Part shown: in pieces, positions 55,063-64,000 of the stretch
Numbering within the stretch: the first letter of the stretch is position 1
Layout of the letters: each line of letters starts with the position of its first letter
Source: Podarcis muralis
Taxonomy: Eukaryota
Assembly: GCF_964188315.1 (NCBI RefSeq)
Contig: NC_135670.1
Coordinates: 868,001-932,000 of the forward strand
DNA: 64,000 nt
Reading direction: 5' to 3'
Notes under the pieces: generated by a model
Database searches by the model: none
Seen by the model: only the letters and a program-made list of their open reading frames with translations
What the model was told of the DNA's origin: nothing
Translations under genes and position numbers: made by a program

Positions 55063-55295
55063 CAGTGGAACCTCGGTTCTCGAACGTCTCCGTTGAGCAG
55101 CGTTTCGGAACCTGAACGCCGAAACCCCGGAAGGAAATGCTTCCATTTTCAAACGCGCCTCGGAAGTCGAATTTTCTCAATTTTCAATTCTCTCAAATGA
55201 ATTTGCTGACAGCCCTTTGTGCCTTGGTTTCCGAATGTTTCGGAAGTCGAACGGTCTTCCTGAATGGATCACATTTGAAAACTGAGGTTCAGCTG
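55063..55295. mobile_element. Tigger-like MITE
   Basis: TA|CAGTGGAACCTCGGTT...AACTGAGGTTCAGCTG|TA. Confidence 0.7.
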
Positions 55296-55666
55296 TAAGT
55301 GCTGGAACTTACCATGAAGTGGTTAGAGTAAGTCGACTTGGGGCAGCCCTGAACAGATGCTGGTTTGACTACAGCCGGGTTCTCCACTGGTAGAGGTGTT
55401 ATCAAGTATGCTTTGGGAGTTGCCCCTGGTTCTGGTGCAGGTCCGTTAAATGTGCCCTGACTCCTTTCTGTAGACTCGCATGCGCTGGCCAGCTTCTGTT
55501 CTGACTTGAAATGTTCGTTTGGGGCTTCTCAGAAGTACATAAAGGCAAGAAGGGGGCAAGGGGAGTGCTGACCTGCAATGGTGCCCACCTGAGAGGTGCC
55601 AGAAATGTGCTCTGTTGCCCTCTGGCTGGGAAGAAAGACTGGGTAGGTCACTAATGCAGGCGAATA

Positions 55667-56018
55667 AGGTAAAGGTAAAGAGACCCCTGACCATTAGGTC
55701 CAGTTGTGACCGACTCTGGGGTTGCGGCGCTCATCTCGCTTTACTGGCCGAGGGAGCTGGCGTGCAGCTTCCGGGTCATGTGGCCAGCAGGACTAAGATG
55801 CTTCTGGCGAACCAGAGCAGTGCACGGAAATGCCATTTACCTTCCCGCCGGAGTGGTACCTATTTATCTACTTGCACTGACGTGCTTTCGAACTGCTAGG
55901 TTGGCAGGAGCTGGGACCGAACAACGGGAGCTCACCTTGTCGCAGGGATTCGAACCACTGACCTTCTGATCGGCAAGTCCTAGGCTCTGTGGTTTAACCC
56001 ACAGCGCCACCCGCATCC
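55667..56018 (-). mobile_element. Sauria SINE
   Basis: Full length; TSD CTAATGCAGGCGAATA. Confidence 0.93.
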
Positions 56019-56294
56019 CTAATGCAGGCGAATATGTAACATCAAAAAAGGATGTACTGTATAGTGGTGATAAGGGGACAGGAAGTGTGTTTGGAGAGAT
56101 GGAGCGTGACATGAGCGTGATGAAGGAAATCTCACCCCCTCCACACCTCAGTGGCTCTCCTGGACTTGCACCACGTGCCACCGCTTGTGCCTTTGCAGGA
56201 GAAGGAAAGCAGAAGTCTTGTTTCTTGAACCACCACTTCAAATTGCTTCCTCAATAAAGTTGTTGATGCATCTATCTGTCCACCGCAGGGCAAG

Positions 56295-59200
56295 ATGAGT
56301 GCGGGAGGTTCAAGCGAAGGCTCCCTCACCCTCTTGGGGGTCCTCATCGGCTTGTTCTTTGGTGAGTTACCAGAGGTTCACCTCAGAGGTTTCCCTGGAT
56401 AGGTTTTCTTTAAAATGTATGAGCAATCACACGGGGCTGCTTAAGAAGATTGGGAATATGTTTATGAAATATACTCAGAGTCGAGAGTGCTTTTTATTCA
56501 GCTCATAGTGGTGAGGAGGAATGGAAGCTCCCCCAGAATGTCTGCTTATATACCATATTTTTCGCTCTATAACACGCACACGACCATAACACGCACATAG
56601 TTTTTAGAGGAGGAAAATCCATAGGCATGCTACCCGTAGGCATTCCCTCCATAACACGCACAGACATTTCCCCTTACTTTCTAGGAGGAAAAAAGTGAGT
56701 GTTATGGTGCCCAAAATACGGTACATTATTTACACAATGGGCCCCACGTGATTGGCCAATTCCAGGATTCTCCTGCACGCCAATCAGGTCACGGATTCAC
56801 TTCCACCTGGAGCTGGATTGGGTAGCTCCTGTGGACCAGTCAGACTGCTGTATTCTGGGCCCTATTGTTCTAGGACCAATCAGACTGCTGTGTTTTGGAT
56901 CCTATTCAACTCAGTACATAACAGTTTAACTCTGTCATATGCCATTTTCCCGGTCAAAATCCTCCCTAAAAACAGCCGCTGTTAGACTCTGTGTGCCAGG
57001 GCCCCTCTCTTCAAAAGCCTCAGGAGCTACTAGGTTGCGGTGGCTGAATAGATCCTTCATGTTCAGAAGCACTCTACCTTGGAATATCATTCACTGCCGG
57101 GGGGGGGGGGGGGCAGAGAGAGACAGAAGAGAGCAAGGAACACCTCTTCCTCTCCTCCTCCTCCTCCTCCTCCTCCTCCTTGATTTTCCTCTTCTTTCTA
57201 GACCTTCTTGATTTTTTCCTCCTCCTCCTCCTCCTCAATTTTCTCGTTCTTGTTCTCTGGATCTTCTTCTCCTCCTCAACTCTTTCTTCTTCCTCTTCTT
57301 CATTAGGTGCTGTTGCTAACCCGAATAAAGCTCCTCTGCATCAGGTTACTGGGATGGCTGGAAAACCAGTCCTTTTCCCTTTAAACATAACTGCTGGGAA
57401 AACTGTGCTGTGGATCAAATGGGACTTACACCCCCGAAATGGCACCCCCTTTGAGCTTGCTGTGCTCAGGAATGGACAACTGAGGACTTCCAACCCGAAA
57501 GACATGGACAGACTAGACGTGCTTAATGAGACCACGCTGCGGATCAAGGCCTTGCAGGAAAACGAGACTGGGGTTTTGAAATCTCGAGTGACATACACCA
57601 CCTCCAAGATGGAAATATTCGAATTCAATCTCACTGTCTTTGGTAAGTCATGACGAATCCGTCCATTTTTGTCCATCCTTCTGAGCAATTAATAAGATGG
57701 CTGCAACTTCCCCCTTGACAGTTCCTGCACCAGAGAGTGACCCACCTGATGTGCCCAGCGTTTCCCAAAGTGAAGGTAAGCAATTCATTGTTCCCCTACC
57801 CCATTCTCCACATTTTCTGCCTGGGAAATTTAAGTATTCATATATAATTCATAGGGACACAGGTGGCGCTGTGGGTTAAACCACAGAGCCTAGGACTTGC
57901 CGATCAGAAGGTCGGCGGTTTGAATACCCACGACGGGGTGAGCGCCAGTTGCTCGGTCCCAGCTCCTGCCAACCTAGCAGTTTGAAAGCATGTCAAGTGC
58001 AAGTAGATAAATAGGTACCGCTCCGGCGGGAAGGTAAACAGCGTTTCCGTGTGCAGCTCTGGTTCGCCAGAAGCGGCTTAGTCCTGCTGGCCACATGACC
58101 CACAAGCTGTACGCCGGCTCCCTCGGCCAGTAAAGTGAGATGAGCGCCGCAACCCCAGGGTCACCTGCGACTGGACCTAATGGTCAGGGGTCCCTTTATC
58201 TTTACCTTAAGTTGTGTTTTGCTGGAAATTCTGTTGTGTGTAACATAATTTGCACCCTGTTCTCTCGAAACTGAAGCCCCTTGTGTTTTCAGTGTTCCTA
58301 CATGCTTAGCTTTGGAGCACACAGAGCAGCTCTGCCTCAGTGCCCCCCCTTGTCCCCCCTTGCCTCTTATTCCACAGCCTGCCAGGGGTGCTGCCACCCA
58401 CTCTGGGAACTACTAAGTTAAAGCTATTTCCAAATGCGTACATACCATGCAGGGACAGTTATTAATTCACACCATTAAGGTGCACCAAATTCCTGAGTTT
58501 TTATCACTTTGATGGCTTTGTCCTGTCCAGCAATCTATAAACATTTTAATAGAACAAAACCCTTCAGTTTAAAGCTAAAGGTAAAGGTACCCCTGCCCGT
58601 ACGGGCCAGTCTTGACAGACTCTAGGGTTGTGCGCTCATCTCACTCTATAGGCCGGGAGCCAGCGCTGTCCGCAGACACTTCCGGGTCACGTGGCCAGCG
58701 TGACAAAGCTGCTCTGGTGAGCCAGCGCAGCACATGGAACGCTGTTTACCTTCCCGCTAGAAAGCGGTCCCTATTTATCTACTTGCACCCAGAGGTGCTT
58801 TCGAACTGCTAGGTTGGCAGGCGCTGGGACCGAACGACAGGAGCGCACCCCGCCGCGGAGATTCGAACCACTAACCATGCGATCGGCAAGTCCTAGGCAC
58901 TGAGGTTTTATCCACAGCGCCACCCGCGTCCCTCAGTTTAAAGCTATGGAGAACTTAATAGTTTTGGATTGCAAATTGAACCCATTTGCTTATTTTCATC
59001 ATTTTATCCCCTCATTTTACCTTGGGATGCGCAAACTGGCATTTTGATTGCAGAAGCCCCTAAGGAATAACGTTTGTTCATTGCAGGGGAATGGAGGACG
59101 ACTCTGGTGTGCTTCATTGTTGCCATGACGGCTGCAGGTTTTCGCTTCATGCAAATAGTTTTCAGAAGGTCTGAAAGAGGTAGGGAAGAGGCGTGTTTTT

Positions 59201-61813
59201 GTTTATTCATAAGACTTCTCACCTGCCCTTCGCCATAAGGTCCCAGGGTGGGTTACAGCCAGGCCTAGGCCATTGCAAGGACAGATTAGAAAGGCCCCAA
59301 CCAAAATGATGATGATGGGGATGGAACAACTCCCCGATGAAGAACGGTTGCAGCATTAGCTCAGTTGGTTAGAGGGTGTTGTTGATAATGCCAAGGTCGT
59401 GGGTTCGATCTCTGTACAGGCCAGTTGTGTATTCCTGCTTTTCAGGGGTTGGACCAGACCTGCCTTCCAACTCTATGATTCTGTGAGTGGCAGCCAGTGT
59501 CATTCTGAACATTTGGAACTTTTTAGTTTGGAGAAGAGGCGAGGAAGAGGCTGTCAAGAATTCTGCTCATATGGATCCAGAGCAGATCCCAATGTATAGT
59601 TAGCAGAGTGAAAACTTAAAACACGTTGCAGGATTCCCCCCAAAATAGACCAGAGGCAATTCGTATTTCATTCAGCAAAGCTACTGAAGGCAAAAGAGCA
59701 TAATGGTCACAAATCCATATACATTCAGAATGGTCCATAAGAAACCCAGTTGCAGCACACTTAACTTAAAACTTTGAGAGAGCCAGTGTGGTGTAGTGGT
59801 TAAGAGCAGTGGACTCGTAATGTGGTGAACCGGGTTCGCTTCCCTGCTCCTCCACATGCAGCTGCTGGGTGACCTTGGGCCAGTCACACTTCTTTGAGGT
59901 CTCTCAGCCCCACTCACCTCACAGAGTGTTTGTTGTGGGGGAGGAAGGGAAAGGAGAATGTTAGCCGCTTTGAGACTCCTTCGGGTAGTGATAAAGTGGG
60001 ATATCAAATCCAAACTCCTCCTCCTCCTCCTCCTCCTCCTCCTCCTCCTCTTCTTCTTCTTCTTCTTCTTCTTCTTCTTCTTCTTCTTCTTCTTCTTCCA
60101 ATAACTTATAGTAAGACTAAAATCTTAACACTAAGCATACTATAAACAGAACACCACACCAAATGCAAACTGACAGAGGCAACACAATAGAAGTTCATTA
60201 AAAATGTACATGGCATGGGAAATGTGGTTAGAGAAAGGGTTTTCTCCCTCTCTCATCACACTGGAATTTTTTGGCCTCTGACAAAGCTGAACATTGGAAG
60301 ATTCTGGACAGATAGAAGGCAGCCCTCCTTCACACAAACTATGGAACTCCCTGCCACAGCATCCATCAGCATGGATTCCTTTAAGAGGAGATGATAGACA
60401 TTCATGGAGGACAGGGCTATTGATGGCTACTAGCCACAACAGCTTCACTCTTGTCTCCACAGTTGGAGGCAACAAAGCTTCTGACGACCAGTTGCTGAAG
60501 AGCACAGGAGAGGACGGATCCTGACTGTGGGTTTCAGCCACTGTGAGAAGAGGATGCTGGGCTAGATGGGCCGCTGGCCTGATCCAGCGAGCTCTTCTTG
60601 TATTCTTATGTACTTATGACTCCCTCCCTGAAACCCTCAAGAGCTCTTCCTGGTTCAAGTAGGTGATATTGAGCTGGATGGACCAGGGTCTGAGGTAGGA
60701 CAAGGCAGCTTCCTCTGTCCTACCATGAAGGCATTTGGTACACCTCTGGGGGGGGGGAGTTCCACAATTTGGGGGCCACCCCCTCTGCTCTCTTGCGGAT
60801 CTAGGGAGGCCGACTGGTCAATGCAGTGAGATGATCTGTATGTATTTCATTACACCCCACAGTGCCGAATAATAGACCTCCCCTGAGCTTCATTATGGGG
60901 AAGAAGCGGAGGAAGAAGAGGAGATCCTCCACAGACAAGAATTGTGACCAGGTGAGGTGATCTTGCAGAGCGGCGTGTAATAAACGAAATTCTGCCCTTA
61001 TTCCCCTATGGGGGACACAAGAGCCCTTATAGAGTCCTTTGCAGGTTCTCCATCGGTCGGAGAAAATAACAGAGGCCAAGCAGAGAATATTGAGAAGCAA
61101 AGCAACTAGTAAGCCTGATCTTTATTGAACTGTTGCAACAGGGTGCTCCCCTCACACGCAGGAGAAGGAGGAGGACCCAGAACAAAGGTGTGCCCACCCT
61201 TATATAGACATTTTAAATTGCCCGCCCTGGAGTCAAAGACCACCCCCAGAAACATCATACATACATCACAGAAAGGGCGGTCTACAACAGAAATCTGAGT
61301 GCGTTGTTTACCTCCTGTCTGGCAGGTGACCTGTTAATGCTCACTTGATTGGATGCCCTGGGGAGACTGGCCAGTCTTTTGTAATGATAAGTACTTAGTT
61401 TCTGAGCCAAGTCACAGGCTCACCCTATTCATACACAGAGAGACTTACCCTTAAGACAGGATTAGTGAATGAAAAGGCAATGAGGAGGCTTTTCCATTGG
61501 AGCTTGCAGAGAAAACACCTGGTCAGCCTGGGAGTCAAAATGGCTCCATGGCTGCTCTCCTGTGCAGCTTCAGACGTGTGGCCTATATAACTATGGACGT
61601 GTTTGCTTGGTACATTTATGAACCTTTATTATATACATAAGACCTTAACTTATTTATTTCAGGCGGAACACTGGGGTGCTTTTCATTCACTCCCTCCATC
61701 AGGTGGTGCATGCACTGATAGGAACAGAGCCCAAACCAGAAGGAAGTCTCCAAGTGTTTGGGAGAACCTCAAAGTTTTCTGAAGAAGAAATTAAAAGTGA
61801 AGAGGGCAAATGA
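56295..61813 (+). CDS. CD2/SLAM-like receptor B (signal, single V-Ig, short stalk, TM, tail). Exons 56295-56361, 57307-57642, 57722-57775, 59087-59179, 60863-60951, 61703-61813.
   Basis: Phases 1-1-1-1-0 give 750 nt (249 aa). Signal MSAGGSSEGSLTLLGVLIGLFFG; Cys-free V domain (VLWIKWDL...TTLRIKALQENETG...FNLTVF) with several N-glycan sequons. The first three exons are firm; the TM and tail exons are less certain. Confidence 0.7.
57854..58208 (+). mobile_element. Sauria SINE
   Basis: Family head, body and tail. Confidence 0.9.
58577..58932 (-). mobile_element. Sauria SINE, divergent subfamily
   Basis: Variant head and 3' region; TSD TCAGTTTAAAGCTA. Confidence 0.88.
59352..59490 (+). mobile_element. 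tRNA-Ile-derived SINE with a CR1-like tail (Squam2-like)
   Basis: TTAGCTCAGTTGGTTAGAG...GGTTCGATC head followed by TTCCAACTCTATGATTCT. Confidence 0.6.
59778..60098 (+). mobile_element. Squam3-like (MIR/Ther1-derived) SINE with a (CCT)/(CTT)n tail
   Basis: GAGAGCCAGTGTGGTGTAGTGGTTAAGAG...GGGTTCG head, GGGTGACCTTGGGCCAGTCAC core, and a long CTT tail. Confidence 0.75.
60976..61661 (-). mobile_element. Solo LTR in an intron of receptor B
   Basis: TG...CA termini, 4-bp TSD GGCG, homologous to 12996-13544. Confidence 0.88.
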
Positions 61814-62211
61814 AGCCCAGAATTAGGCTTCCAAGCAGGGGAAGGGGGAGCCAGGCTGGGGCCCTCCAGATATTGATGGACCCCAGTTCCCATCCTGCTT
61901 CCTGACCAATGGTCCTGCTGGCTGCTGGGGCTGAGAGGGAGTGGGGAGTCCAGCAACCATGATGGTCATTTCAGGCCAAATTGCCCCCCCCTGCAACTGC
62001 CACTTCCCACAAATTCCAGTAACTCTTGCCAACCTTGCCCAGAACTGTCTCAGCCTTAACTGGTCACATGGACTGAGCCCCCCAAAAGAAACACGAAACA
62101 AACTTCTTATCACAAATCTGTGTGTATAAATATGCACCACCGGCCTCAGAGGTCAGGAAAGAGACACACACAGAGAGGTGGTTTATTTGGTTGGCCTAAT
62201 AAAGTTATTAT

Positions 62212-62563
62212 GGGACGCGGGTGGCGCTGTGGGTTAAACCACAGAGCCTAGGACTTGCCGATCAGAAGATTGGCACTTCGAATCCCCGCGATGGGGTGAG
62301 CTCCCGTTGCTCGGTCCCAGCTCCTGCCAACCTAGCAGTTCGAAAGCACATCAAAGTGCAAGTAGATAAATAGGTACCACTCTGGCGGGAAGGTAAAGGG
62401 CGTTTCCGTGCGCTGCTCTGGTTCGCCAGAAGCGGCTTAGTCATGCTGGCCACATGACCCGGAAGCTGTATGCTGGCTCCCTCGGCCAGTAAAGCGAGAT
62501 GAGTGCCGCAACCCCAGAGTCGGTCACGACTGGACCCAATAGTCAGGGGTCTCTTTACCGTTA
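62212..62563 (+). mobile_element. Sauria SINE
   Basis: Full length; CCTAATAAAGTT duplicated on both sides. Confidence 0.92.
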
Positions 62564-62933
62564 CCTAATAAAGTTTTTGCCTTTTGGATTTTTTCCCTAC
62601 AGGCCAGACTTTACTATTTCTGGATTTGTGGGACATGGTTTCCAGAAACGTTTTAAAAAGAAATGTAGAACAGAGTAAAGTGGAAGGAAGATGTTCATTG
62701 ATCTAGTAGCAGAGCACACTGTCCAGGGTTCGATTTATGGACTTGGGTCACCTGAACCTTTTCTAAGCTGCCGCCTGGGCCTGCATTCTGGATCCGGTCA
62801 GGTCCTGCATAGCTGATCCTTCGTTCTTCAGCTGCTCCGTTCATTCATAGCTGGTTCTGCATGCTAGAGTGGCTCAGGTCCTGCACAGCTTGTTCTGTTT
62901 CTCTCTGTCCTTGCAGGTGGATCAGAATGGAGA

Positions 62934-63293
62934 CAGTAAAAGGTAAAGGACCCCTGGACGGTTGAGTCCAGTCAACGGCGACTATGGGGTTGTGGCGCTC
63001 ATCTCGCTTTCAGGCCGAGGGAGCCGGCTTTTGTCCACAGACACGTGGCCAGCAGGACTAAACTGCTTCTGGTGCAATGGAACGCCGTGACGGAAACCAG
63101 AGTGCATGGAAATACCGTTTACTTTCCCGCCATAGTGGTACCTCTTTATCTACTTTCACTGGCGTGCTTTCGAACTGCTAGGTTGGCAGGAGCTGGGACA
63201 GAGCAACGGGAGCTCACGGGGATTCGAACCACCAACCTTCTGATAGGCAAGCCCAAGAGCCCAGTAGTTTACACCACAGCGCCACCCGCATCC
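62934..63293 (-). mobile_element. Sauria SINE, variant
   Basis: TSD CAGAATGGAGA at 62923-62933 and 63294-63304. Confidence 0.88.
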
Positions 63294-63539
63294 CAGAATG
63301 GAGAACGGCAGTAGCTTTCTCCCTGCCAATGAACTGCTTCTCTCCACAAAGTTTGGAGTTGATTCAGGTGTGCATCTCAGGAGTCACTATTGTTGACATC
63401 CAGCCGGCTGATGGCTTTTCTATTTTTCTTTTTAAAGAAAAGGCTACCTGAATCAGTATGCAAACTGAAGCACAGCTGTCCTTTGAAAGGTGCTAGAGGT
63501 GATTTCATTAAGAGCTTTCCCTGTGTATGGAATTGCCCC

Positions 63540-64000
63540 CAAAAGATGCTAGACTGTTTTCGTATGCCACTACAGCGGCATGACTTTTATTAGCTAAAAA
63601 TTGGAAATTGCAAGAAATATCAACAATAGAAGAATGGCAGGTGAAGATGTTGGACTTTTTGGAGCTGGCCGACCCGACTGGAAGAATCCACGACCAGAAA
63701 GAAGAGGAGATACAAGAGGATTGGAAGAAATTTAAAGAATATTTAGCTAAATATTGTGATATAAGATAAATAGAAAATTCTTGGAAGTAATAAATAGGCT
63801 TAGGGGTAGAATAAGAATATGTGGTAGTAAATATTAAGGATTAGAATATTAATAAAGGAGAAGAGGTTAGTTAATGAAAGGAATCAACGTAATTAGAAAT
63901 ATGAATTTGGAGAACTGTTATATAGGGTGATATAATGAAATTCAGTCAGAGGGGATTCGAGGAAGTCAGTTATCAATGTAAGGAGAATTAGGTATTTGAA
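63540..64000 (+). mobile_element. L1 LINE 3' fragment
   Basis: Translates to YATTAA..LLAKNWKLQEISTIEEWQVKMLDFLELA...EDWKKFKEYL, followed by the 3' UTR. Confidence 0.8.

Noticed and set aside
59352-59430. tRNA-Ile-like sequence
   Set aside because: Stems are disrupted and it continues into a CR1-type tail, so it is a SINE head rather than a tRNA gene.

Overview
Vertebrate genomic DNA from a squamate reptile, probably a lacertid lizard (Sauria SINEs, Squam-type SINEs, L2, BovB, L1, Rex/Babar and pogo/hAT MITEs). Left to right the window contains: (1) the 5' part of ETV3 on the minus strand, with an assembly gap and a promoter carrying three ETS-CRE motifs; (2) a six-exon plus-strand gene I cannot name, whose splice phases chain into a 215-267 aa ORF with a C-terminal coiled coil; (3) a complete MRPL24 (+, 216 aa); (4) a complete RRNAD1/METTL25B (-, 537 aa), convergent with MRPL24; (5) a rearranged 30-41 kb zone with an internally deleted Tigger element that keeps a 124-aa ORF, a partial RRNAD1 duplicate, local mosaic duplications and a 1.66-kb TSD-flanked non-coding L1-like retroposon; (6) two CD2/SLAM-family receptor genes (+), one V+C2 without an ITSM, and one single-V with a transmembrane Arg and a polybasic tail. 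All gene models were built by hand from splice signals, frame continuity and recalled homology. No database search was run, and divergence is judged by eye.
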